A stretch of DNA of 56,069 nt from a virus (taxonomy: Duplodnaviria; Caudoviricetes). Position 1 is the stretch's first letter, and every line of letters begins with the position of its first letter. The stretch lies in the IMG/VR virus record IMGVR_UViG_3300022178_002962, positions 1 to 56,069 of that record; one strand, 5' to 3'. Of this stretch, positions 8,977 to 17,764 are shown in pieces. The notes under the pieces are model-generated. The model saw only the letters and a program-made list of their open reading frames with translations, had not been told where the DNA came from and did no database searches. Position numbers and translations under genes: made by a program.

Positions 8977-9720
8977 ATGTTATATACAATAACTAATACA
9001 GGGTCTACAAACGCTAGACCCTCTAGCATAGGAGCAAACACTATTCCAGTTGCTTTTGAAGGCGAGGTTGTCTTTACCGTAGCTAATTTTACTACAGAGA
9101 CAACTCCTCCTTATGAGGATCCTGAAGGTGATGCCTTATCATACATCAAGGTAATGACTCTACCATCAAAGGGAGAGTTACAAGTTGATGGTGTTGCAAT
9201 AATTGCAGGCACAATAGTTTCTGCAGGAGTAATATCAGCAGGAAATTTTAAATACGTAGCAGCCATTCCGGGGACAAGCTTTGTTAAAGATCCTTACTCA
9301 TTTGTATTTGATTGTGCGGACATAGGGTCTAACACATTAAGTGCATTGGTAGGTGGAGTAATTACTTTTGATAGTCAACCTGAAATTAACTTAGCTCCAG
9401 ATGTAATTGGAGATAATACTGTTTTTGGAACTTACGGTGTAACTACAGTATTTACTGCTGCAGATTTTACAACCAACACAACCCCTCCATACAATGACCC
9501 AGAAGGTGACATACCATACAAGGTAAAGATATTAAGTCTTCCTTCAGATGGTACACTATCATTCAATGGTTTATCAGTAGCTATTAATCAGGAGATACTA
9601 TTATCTTCTGTTGATTCAGGATACTTAACATTTACTCAGAACCCTGCAGCTAAAGGGTCTCAAATATTAGAATTTGATTTTGCAGTCTCTGATCTGGGTT
9701 CAAAAGAATTCACATCGTAA
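8977..9720 (+). CDS. Virion protein of two cadherin/Ig-like repeats
   Basis: Two internal repeats FTxAxFTTxTTPPYxDPEGD-x4-KxxxLPSxGxL, also homologous to the repeats in the upstream gene. Confidence 0.65.
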   Translation: MLYTITNTGSTNARPSSIGANTIPVAFEGEVVFTVANFTTETTPPYEDPEGDALSYIKVMTLPSKGELQVDGVAIIAGTIVSAGVISAGNFKYVAAIPGTSFVKDPYSFVFDCADIGSNTLSALVGGVITFDSQPEINLAPDVIGDNTVFGTYGVTTVFTAADFTTNTTPPYNDPEGDIPYKVKILSLPSDGTLSFNGLSVAINQEILLSSVDSGYLTFTQNPAAKGSQILEFDFAVSDLGSKEFTS

Positions 9721-10082
9721 TGGGAAAAATAAAAATAAATATCAGGCCAGAGGTAACTCCTGCAGGTACAGATGAAGTTACAGTACTATCTTTTGCAGAG
9801 ACTGAATGTACAACAGATTTTGTTATGCAAGTACAGGTAGGCACAACGGGATATCTTTCATGGACATTTGATCCAAATGTAACAATTAGTGGTGGGGGAG
9901 TAGCAGAAACCTTAGCAGCAGGAACCTATAACTATACTGTGACTATCACAGGATTCAAAGGTTTTGCAACAGCTAAGCAAACTATAACTTCCTCAGTATT
10001 AGCTGAGTTAAAAGACTCTGAATTTGGGTCAGTACTAGACAGTAAGACAGTGCTACGAAGCCACACTACCTTGGAATGTTAA
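9720..10082 (+). CDS. Small beta-rich putative virion protein
   Basis: 120 aa, Thr/Val/Gly-rich; TAATG stop-start overlap with the upstream gene. Confidence 0.55.
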   Translation: MGKIKINIRPEVTPAGTDEVTVLSFAETECTTDFVMQVQVGTTGYLSWTFDPNVTISGGGVAETLAAGTYNYTVTITGFKGFATAKQTITSSVLAELKDSEFGSVLDSKTVLRSHTTLEC

Positions 10083-10132
10083 CAGCTTAATACCCTTCCT
10101 ACCTAATATATCATAAAGTTATGACATATATA

Positions 10133-10164
10133 TTTGGTTGAAGGGTTTTATTGCCTTATATTTG
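10133..10164 (+). promoter_or_regulatory. Bacteroidota housekeeping-sigma promoter (TTTG-N20-TATATTTG)
   Basis: Exact match to the -33 TTTG / -7 TAnnTTTG consensus with a 20-nt spacer, 28 nt upstream of ATG 10193. Confidence 0.75.
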
Positions 10165-10192
10165 TGCCAGGAGTTTAATTAATACACATAGT

Positions 10193-11299
10193 ATGAATAA
10201 GGAAGAATTAAGATTTGAATTATTAAAAGATTTTTTTACGCAGAAGAAAGGATATTTAAAAAAAGGACATGATGCATGTACTCATGGGTTGTCTCTTTTA
10301 TATCCAAATGAATTCTTTGAGAAGAACTTAATAAAGAAAGCTAAGAAAAAAATCAAAGCATCCTTAAAGGTAGACAGAATCCTAAAAGGATTTGACGTAA
10401 TAGAAGACTTTAGAGATACAAATAGAATAAACCAAGAGAAGCTTGGGTTACGTGCAACAATGAATGAAGATTCAATTTATGCAATGCGTGCACAAAAGCT
10501 AAATAAGAGACTTTCTACACCAACACCTAAAGATGCACCAAGCATTCAGGATCAGGTTGGAATGCACATCCTATTAGGCTGTAACCACGTACCTTTTCAT
10601 AATAAAAGATTACACTCAGGTATTAGAAACTTAATGTCTGATCATTATAAAAATATTAAAGGTTTCCATTTGATGGGTGACTTCGCAGATATAAATGCTT
10701 TGTCTTCTCATGATAAAGGAAAGTTTACTGCAGTAAAAGGAATGACACTTAATGACGAATACGAAGCTTGTAATGACGAGTTAGATTTATTCGAAAAAGT
10801 TATACCAGAAGGTGCATGGAAAACTTACATGTATGGTAACCACGAGGATAGACATAACAGATGGATGGGTAGCATGGATAATGCAAAGACTCCATTAATG
10901 TCACCAATGGAAGCTATGCTTTTAGAAGAAAGAGGATACCATGTAAAAAACAAATGGTCTCAAGATTTCTTTACATTAGGTAATGACTTTGAGATATTCC
11001 ACGGTATATACTTTAGTATACACAATGGTAAAGCTCACTTAGACAAGTTAAGAACATCTTGTGCATACGTACACACGCACAGACAACAAACTTACAGAGA
11101 AGGCAAGATGGCTGCATACAATATTGGAGCATGTGCTGACTTTAGTAGTAAAGCATTTAACTATGCTACTAGGCCAATGAAAGCTCAATGGGCAAATGGC
11201 TTTGCGATAAATATGATAGATAGCATGGGAAGATCCAATGTTACTTCAATATATGTAAACCCTGACGGATCCTTTTGGTTCGGTGGGAAACAATACTAA
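10193..11299 (+). CDS. Calcineurin-like metallophosphoesterase with N-terminal extension
   Basis: Motifs GCNHVP (in place of DxH), MGDFAD, YGNHEDR, FHG, VHTHRQ. Start ATG 10193 is preferred over TTG 10151, which lies within the promoter. Confidence 0.8.
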   Translation: MNKEELRFELLKDFFTQKKGYLKKGHDACTHGLSLLYPNEFFEKNLIKKAKKKIKASLKVDRILKGFDVIEDFRDTNRINQEKLGLRATMNEDSIYAMRAQKLNKRLSTPTPKDAPSIQDQVGMHILLGCNHVPFHNKRLHSGIRNLMSDHYKNIKGFHLMGDFADINALSSHDKGKFTAVKGMTLNDEYEACNDELDLFEKVIPEGAWKTYMYGNHEDRHNRWMGSMDNAKTPLMSPMEAMLLEERGYHVKNKWSQDFFTLGNDFEIFHGIYFSIHNGKAHLDKLRTSCAYVHTHRQQTYREGKMAAYNIGACADFSSKAFNYATRPMKAQWANGFAINMIDSMGRSNVTSIYVNPDGSFWFGGKQY

Positions 11300-11302
11300 G
11301 TT

Positions 11303-12007
11303 ATGACAAAAAATGAATTAATATTTACAGTATTTGAAAAACTGCAAATTGAATCAGACGACACAGATATCTCTTCGGAGTTAGTGTCGTCTTTGTTGGA
11401 TTCTAAAAGAGCCTTATTGCTTAAGCAACAATACTCTGGAAAAGGATGGAACATACCAAGAGAAGTAAAGCAAGAGCTTTGCTTAAGTACAAAGCTTGTT
11501 GACAGTGTATCTGGTTACTCATGTGCTGGAAAGATATTACAGACAAATGAAGAATTACCTAAGACAATAAAGATCAAAGGTAAAGAAGGCCCACTACTAG
11601 TTAGAAAAGCTGACAACACAGTTATAGCTTTAAATGTAGTACCGGTTGAAAGATTACCATATTTGTTTTCTAACAAGTTTACAGCAATGCTTACGTATTG
11701 TGCTGTAGATTATGATGGGAAACTTCTTTTGATTTCAGCAGACAACAAACTAAAGTTTTTAAAATCTATTAAAGTAACAGATGTTTTCGAAGCTCCTGGT
11801 ATAGCTTTAGATTTTGAATGTAAGAATGTCAACCCAAACGTTGATCCATTTGAGATAGAGTATCCTATGGAGGCAGGCATGGCAGACGCAGCAATCAACA
11901 TGGTTGTTCAAGAATTAACAAGATCACTAATGTTGCCAGGTGACGAACAAAATGACGCTACAGATGATAGAGGACAAGTACAACAACCAAGAAGAAGAAG
12001 GGCTTAA
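11303..12007 (+). CDS. Tail ring protein (crAss-like)
   Basis: N-terminal ELIFTVFEKL..SDDTDIS..RALLLKQ and C-terminal YPM...I..MVxxEL...PxDxxNDAxD resemble crAss ring/adaptor proteins; syntenic. Confidence 0.65.
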   Translation: MTKNELIFTVFEKLQIESDDTDISSELVSSLLDSKRALLLKQQYSGKGWNIPREVKQELCLSTKLVDSVSGYSCAGKILQTNEELPKTIKIKGKEGPLLVRKADNTVIALNVVPVERLPYLFSNKFTAMLTYCAVDYDGKLLLISADNKLKFLKSIKVTDVFEAPGIALDFECKNVNPNVDPFEIEYPMEAGMADAAINMVVQELTRSLMLPGDEQNDATDDRGQVQQPRRRRA

Positions 12008-12506
12008 AGAAACCAGACTTCATAGAGTTAAGTGTGACTTTGGTAGCTTAGATTACTACAAGCACTTCATAAAGAAGACTGGTAGTAAACACATTTCAGG
12101 AATACAGTTTGGAGAGGTATTAAGAGAATTCAATGAGCACGTTAGGGAAAGAATAGCTACTAAAGGTGTTGAGTATATAATGCCAAACAGAGTAGGTAAG
12201 CTTGAACTAAGAAAGATTAAGACTGAATTAAAGATTGATGAAGATGGAAATATCATAAACAATCTACCAATTAACTGGAAGGCCACAAGAGAGCTGTGGG
12301 CTGAAAGTGAAAAGTCAAAAGAAAAAGGAACAAAGATTAGATATACTAATGAGCATACTGATGGTCACACGTTCAGAATATTCTACAGAACATCTAAAGC
12401 AAACTATAAGAATAAGAGTATCTACAAGATGAAGGTTAATAGAGGTATGAAGCGTATGCTTTCTAAATCTATATTTGCTGGACGAATAGATGCTTTTTTA
12501 AGATAA
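11940..12506 (+). CDS. HU/IHF-like DNA-binding protein (crAss-like)
   Basis: Basic protein with EYIMPNRVGKLELRK (HU-like beta arm) and PINWKAT..LW; located just before the tail tube gene, as in crAss-like phages. Start uncertain (11940/11952/11964). Confidence 0.65.
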   Translation: MTNKMTLQMIEDKYNNQEEEGLKETRLHRVKCDFGSLDYYKHFIKKTGSKHISGIQFGEVLREFNEHVRERIATKGVEYIMPNRVGKLELRKIKTELKIDEDGNIINNLPINWKATRELWAESEKSKEKGTKIRYTNEHTDGHTFRIFYRTSKANYKNKSIYKMKVNRGMKRMLSKSIFAGRIDAFLR

Positions 12507-12518
12507 AAAAATAAACCA

Positions 12519-13226
12519 ATGGCAAGTACAAACGACTTAGTAAGTATAAAAATGATAGCTGATAGGCTATACAGAAATCCAATAATGAAGGATATGAACT
12601 ATGAATTCATAGTTGATAATGCTATACAGGTCTTAAGGATACTGGAGGCTCCTTCTATCTTTATAACAAAGAGAGAAGTCATTAATGTTTCAGGGTACAG
12701 AGCATTGAAGCCTCTAGACTTAATGAGGATTGAAAGCATATTAAGAACTGATAGCGGGTTACCAATACCTCTTACTGCTAGCGAAGATATCGCTCAGGAG
12801 TTTTATCACCAGTCTAATAACATCCCAAGCAGAGCAGACGAAACTTATTCTTTAAACAATAAGTATGTCAACTTAAACTTTGAGTCTGGAGTAGTAGAGA
12901 TCATATACAAAGCTATAGCTGTAGATGAAGAATGCTATCCTTTAGTATTAAACAACGCAACACTACTTAGGTGTGTTGAGAGCTACATCAGATGGAAGTA
13001 CTTTGACATCCTTAACGACATGGATGTTATATCAGATAGAAAATTAAACAAAGCTGAAGTAGACTATATGTTTAATGTTGGCCAAGCAGACAGTAACCTT
13101 AAAATACCAAGCACAGATGAAATGGAATCATTAGTAAATCAAATTACTCAATTGCTACCAAGTAGAACTGCACACTCAAGAAGATTCGAATTCCTAGGAC
13201 AACAGGAATACTTAAAGCTAATATAA
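12519..13226 (+). CDS. Tail tubular/ring protein (P22 gp4-like, crAss Ttub)
   Basis: VSIKMIADRLYRNP, NFESGVVEIIYKAIAVDEECYP, IPSTDEMES; directly upstream of the muzzle gene. Confidence 0.7.
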   Translation: MASTNDLVSIKMIADRLYRNPIMKDMNYEFIVDNAIQVLRILEAPSIFITKREVINVSGYRALKPLDLMRIESILRTDSGLPIPLTASEDIAQEFYHQSNNIPSRADETYSLNNKYVNLNFESGVVEIIYKAIAVDEECYPLVLNNATLLRCVESYIRWKYFDILNDMDVISDRKLNKAEVDYMFNVGQADSNLKIPSTDEMESLVNQITQLLPSRTAHSRRFEFLGQQEYLKLI

Positions 13227-13227
13227 G

Positions 13228-16200
13228 ATGATTAAAAAGCACGAGTTTAATTACATAGGAATGAGCAAGGACTCTTCCAATGACATACAGTCGGAGAAGT
13301 ATTTTGACGCACAAAACATTCGTATTACAGCACTAGACAAGAAGAGTCAGATGGCAGTTACAAATGAACTTGGTAACGAGTTAGTCTTTAACATTCCTAC
13401 TCCTTCTTTAGATTTTCAGAACACAAGATTTGTATACAATACAGGTGGTAAAACTAAATATTTAGAATACGTTGCCACAGGAACTGCACACCCAAGGTGT
13501 GAGATTGAGCAGCAGTTTATACAGATTCCTGCGGTAGTAGCAAAGGTATCTGGTGATCAGATAATTATAGGTGTAAAAGAACTTCGTGACTCTGCTGTTA
13601 TAATGACAACTGACAATAATGGTTGGGACTGTATCTGGGAGTTAACTGGATTAAATGATTCTAGCTTTGAACTGAATTTAAAATACGCAGCTAATCTTGG
13701 CTTCTCTACTGATAACCTAATGCAGATGGTTTATAACTACGAGAACTCGATTATAGAGAAGATATACTTTGTTGATGGAATACACCAGATAAGATATCTT
13801 AACTTAAGACAGAGTATTGACAATGGTGACCTATTAAACCTGGTGGATTTGTCCCCAAGCTTGTTAGACATAGTTAGTACGTTCACTCTTGAACAGCCAG
13901 TAATAACTGAGGTGTTAGGTGGAGGATCACACACAGCAGGAAAGATACAGTATGCTTACGGATTGTTTGTTCTCAATGGAGCACAGACAACCCCATCTCC
14001 CTTATCAGAACTTGTACCTATTGATAAAGGGCAAGGACTAGGTGGTGGAGATGTTAATGAGAATCTTGGGCAGTCAGTAGTTGTAAAGATTACTAACATA
14101 GACCCTAAGTTTACTCACGTAAGATTGTATGCAATAAAGTATACTTCTTACAATGAGATACCTAGAGTTACTGTAGTTGCTGAACGGGAAATAGACAACT
14201 TTGTAGAATTCACATATACAGATGATGGTACTTCACAAGAAGAAATATCTATAGAAGCATTTAAGTTCTTAGGATCTAGTCCTATAGTTCCTGAGCACAT
14301 TGTAACAAAAGACAACAGGTTGTTTCCTGTAAACATAAAAGAAAGTATATTTGATGTTGACTTAGACACAAGAGCATTTTCTTTTGGAACATCTACAGGT
14401 TCAGTTCAAACCTCAACCTTTAGAGTATTTGGAGAAAATAATGCTGATTCTACTGGAGATATAGTTATGCAAGTTGAAGACGTTGTGTACTACATCCCAA
14501 TTCTTATCAACGACACCCCACAGCTAGTAGCTAACAAAATGAAAACATTCTTTGATACTACACTTAGTGATTATGGCCCAGCTGTAATTACTGAGGTTTC
14601 TCCTAGAAATTTCAGCATACAAATAACAAGAAATACTATAGGTAATTTTCCTGCATCCCTCACCGTAGAGAAGCAACGTGAATTATTCTTTAGAGCATCT
14701 TCAGTTCATGGAACAGGTACAGACAACAATTGTATTGTATTAAACAATGCATTCTACAGTAGTGACGATGATGAAGTCCAGGGAGAGGAAACAATAGTAA
14801 CTGCTCCAGACTACACACTAATAGATAATCATGACGCTATTAATAGAGACTATGATGTATACAAGTATCAAGCAGACGGAACTACACTTGGTGCGTCCGG
14901 TAAGTTCCTTGACGTAGAGTTTGTTCAAACACAATATAATAACCTTGCAGAAGCAGAGGACTTAGAGCTAATGAAGGATGGTGAAATATACAGGCTAGGT
15001 ATTAAGTTCTACAACAACAGAGGACAGTTTAGTAATCCTAAATGGATTATGGATTTTAGATCTCAAGCAGATAACCTTAATAGTTTACACAATGAAATAC
15101 ATGTTAAGTTAACTTCAGACTTTTACTTATGGTTAAGTAATCCTGGTAATTTTACTAGTGATGACGACAAGCCTGTTGGGTTTAAAGTTCTTAGAGCTGA
15201 TAGAAACTTAAGTGATCAAACAATATTTGCACAAGGAATGATTAACCCAATGGTTGCTCACTATGTGCACGAAAGTAAAGCTACTGATTTAGATGATAGA
15301 ATAACACTATGTACATCTACAACTGCAGACATCTTCCCATCTATGGTTAGAAAGTTTGTAACGGAGAGACCAATTGTAGGTTGTAAAAACTACCATGAGT
15401 TGTCCTGGCCTACTTTGGATTCAGATAATCCAGTTCAGCTTCCTACCTACCCTTTTCTTCAAACACCACGCAGCCGCTTAACTGGTGGTGGATACAGTAG
15501 ATATCACAGAGAGACTTTTACGGCTAATGAAGGCAAGTATTATAGAGCTCAAAGCTTTCAGTTTAACACTATGATGCAGTTCTTTTCTCCTGATGTTTTA
15601 TTCAAGGATGTAAGTATTAACGCAGGATACAAGTTAAAAATAAAGGGATTAACAAAAGAGGGAAATATATTTAATTGGTCAACTGAAGAAAATCCATTGA
15701 CATCATCTGAAAGAGTTTCGTGTAAATACATAGGTGGAATTACCAGAGGTGCCGGTGTTGGTACAAATCCTATTATTGGAAACGAATCATTTCTTAATGA
15801 CTACGGATTCTATGGCCCAACTAATGATACAGTTAATATTGCAACTCAGCAGGTTTCTAGAAACTTTACTGAAGGTTTCTTTCCAGCTCAGGCGGAAGAC
15901 TCTAACTTAATTCACGAAGTTTATGGTACTCCTGAAATAACAACAGAAGGTGCTGATTTAAAAAGATATAATAGCGATCCAGCATTAAAGTATGCAAACA
16001 ACTTAAAGAACATGCTTCAAGATAAGTTTGATGGAGATATTGCTAATGATGATGCTGATGTTCAGATTATAGGGGTAAATAGTAATGGAGCTAAGTGCGT
16101 AACTTTTGCATTAGGCCCAGACGATAGTACTTATGAATTAGAGAATAGGCCAGCAATTGAAGACTTGTATGAACAAGCAAACATTAAAGATGGAGAAGGA

Positions 16201-17709
16201 GATGGTGTTTTAATTGCAGAGTTTGTTAGGGATGATTACATTTCTTACGTTGGTGGAATATACGGAGGAACATCTTACGAGGCAAAAAGAAATTCATCTT
16301 ATGTAGAGATAGGACAATATACTACTATTCAGAATGATGCTATTATTACCTCTCCAGGAGATACATTTGTAAATTACTTTACATTCACCAAGATAGCCAA
16401 AGATGATCTGCAGAATACTACTCAGAGTCAAAACATTGTTTCAGAAATAGTAAGCTTCCTTTGTGAGACTACTATTGATTTAAAGAATAGAAATGATTTA
16501 TCTTCAGGGCCCTGGGATGGTAGAAAACAACCAAGGCATAGCGAATACACAAATTACAATAGAGTTTATTCTCAACAGCCTATACTAACCGCAGTCTCTG
16601 ACCTTGGTGCTAAGTTCAAAAGAGTATCAGAGTTTGATACAAGGATATCTGCAACAAAGGTTAAAGTCCCTGGTGAGTTCATAGATAGCTGGACAGATTT
16701 ATTAGAGAATGAAAACATGGATCTTGACGGACAGTACGGGCCAATCAATGCGGTAGTTATGCTGAATGATGAAGTTTTCTGCTTGCAAGATACAGCGGTC
16801 TCAATGATAGCTATCAATCCTAGGGTACAAATTCAAGGAGATGATGGCATAGGATTAGAGCTTGGTACTGGAGGCATACTTAACGACTACAAGTATTTAA
16901 CTTCTACTATTGGATGTTTAAATAAGTTTGGAGTTGTAGCTACTGAGAATACATTCTACTTTGTTGATGTAATCAATAGAGGTATTATGGCATTCAATGG
17001 AGGAAAGATAGTTAGGTTTTCAGATCTTAAAGGATTTCACCATACTCTACTTGATGATATGAATTATGATTCACTCATAAAAGATAATCCAGTATTAGGC
17101 AATGGAGTTACTATAGGGTATAATCCTTCGTCTGCTGATGTATATTTCTCATTTAGACAAATACTACCTTCAAATGGTAAAAGATTGAGTGGTGACTTTA
17201 CATTAGGGTTTAACGAGGCTGTAGGTGAATTTACTTCCTACTACAGTTATGTTCCTGCATGGTACATAAATAAAGGTAGCACATTAATAACCTCTGGCCC
17301 TGAAACTAATTCTGTTTGGCAACACTTAGTTGGTACACCTAATTCATTTTATGATAAAACTTACAGGAGTAGTATCACACTTCAAGTAGCACCGAAGGGG
17401 AATGAAGTAATTCTTAACAGTGCATCATACAAGCTAGAAGGGACTAACAAGTTTGGTAAAGATCTACCAACTGTAGGTTTAACAAAGGTTGAGGTGTACA
17501 ATGATTACCAGACTTCAGGTGAAGTTGCACTCAGAATAAGAAAGAATGTCTTCAAGAAATTTAGAAACTGGAAGGTAACTTTACCAAGAGAGAAAGATAA
17601 AAGAGAAAGAATCCGCAGTGCATGGGGGTTCGTTAAATTTATATTCGATAACCCAGATGGAAACAATTTAGTCTTACACAACATATCAATATTCTATACC
17701 CAACACTAA
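13228..17709 (+). CDS. Tail stabilization/muzzle protein (P22 gp10-like, crAss Tstab)
   Basis: 1493 aa; N-terminal GMSKD..YFDAQNIRI..VTNELGN, YFVDGIHQIRYLN, EIYRLGIKFY, GDTFV, DLDGQYGPIN and C-terminal KKFRNWKVTLPR..RIRSAW, which is the crAss muzzle pattern. Confidence 0.8.
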   Translation: MIKKHEFNYIGMSKDSSNDIQSEKYFDAQNIRITALDKKSQMAVTNELGNELVFNIPTPSLDFQNTRFVYNTGGKTKYLEYVATGTAHPRCEIEQQFIQIPAVVAKVSGDQIIIGVKELRDSAVIMTTDNNGWDCIWELTGLNDSSFELNLKYAANLGFSTDNLMQMVYNYENSIIEKIYFVDGIHQIRYLNLRQSIDNGDLLNLVDLSPSLLDIVSTFTLEQPVITEVLGGGSHTAGKIQYAYGLFVLNGAQTTPSPLSELVPIDKGQGLGGGDVNENLGQSVVVKITNIDPKFTHVRLYAIKYTSYNEIPRVTVVAEREIDNFVEFTYTDDGTSQEEISIEAFKFLGSSPIVPEHIVTKDNRLFPVNIKESIFDVDLDTRAFSFGTSTGSVQTSTFRVFGENNADSTGDIVMQVEDVVYYIPILINDTPQLVANKMKTFFDTTLSDYGPAVITEVSPRNFSIQITRNTIGNFPASLTVEKQRELFFRASSVHGTGTDNNCIVLNNAFYSSDDDEVQGEETIVTAPDYTLIDNHDAINRDYDVYKYQADGTTLGASGKFLDVEFVQTQYNNLAEAEDLELMKDGEIYRLGIKFYNNRGQFSNPKWIMDFRSQADNLNSLHNEIHVKLTSDFYLWLSNPGNFTSDDDKPVGFKVLRADRNLSDQTIFAQGMINPMVAHYVHESKATDLDDRITLCTSTTADIFPSMVRKFVTERPIVGCKNYHELSWPTLDSDNPVQLPTYPFLQTPRSRLTGGGYSRYHRETFTANEGKYYRAQSFQFNTMMQFFSPDVLFKDVSINAGYKLKIKGLTKEGNIFNWSTEENPLTSSERVSCKYIGGITRGAGVGTNPIIGNESFLNDYGFYGPTNDTVNIATQQVSRNFTEGFFPAQAEDSNLIHEVYGTPEITTEGADLKRYNSDPALKYANNLKNMLQDKFDGDIANDDADVQIIGVNSNGAKCVTFALGPDDSTYELENRPAIEDLYEQANIKDGEGDGVLIAEFVRDDYISYVGGIYGGTSYEAKRNSSYVEIGQYTTIQNDAIITSPGDTFVNYFTFTKIAKDDLQNTTQSQNIVSEIVSFLCETTIDLKNRNDLSSGPWDGRKQPRHSEYTNYNRVYSQQPILTAVSDLGAKFKRVSEFDTRISATKVKVPGEFIDSWTDLLENENMDLDGQYGPINAVVMLNDEVFCLQDTAVSMIAINPRVQIQGDDGIGLELGTGGILNDYKYLTSTIGCLNKFGVVATENTFYFVDVINRGIMAFNGGKIVRFSDLKGFHHTLLDDMNYDSLIKDNPVLGNGVTIGYNPSSADVYFSFRQILPSNGKRLSGDFTLGFNEAVGEFTSYYSYVPAWYINKGSTLITSGPETNSVWQHLVGTPNSFYDKTYRSSITLQVAPKGNEVILNSASYKLEGTNKFGKDLPTVGLTKVEVYNDYQTSGEVALRIRKNVFKKFRNWKVTLPREKDKRERIRSAWGFVKFIFDNPDGNNLVLHNISIFYTQH

Positions 17710-17728
17710 CATTGTGTGATATAGAATA

Positions 17729-17759
17729 TTGACAAGTTGGTTTAATTCCTTTATATTTG
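17729..17759 (+). promoter_or_regulatory. Bacteroidota-type promoter (TTG-N20-TATATTTG) for the cargo/RNAP block
   Basis: TTG 17729-17731, 20-nt spacer, TATATTTG 17752-17759; the ATG follows at 17765. Confidence 0.7.
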
Positions 17760-17764
17760 TAATT

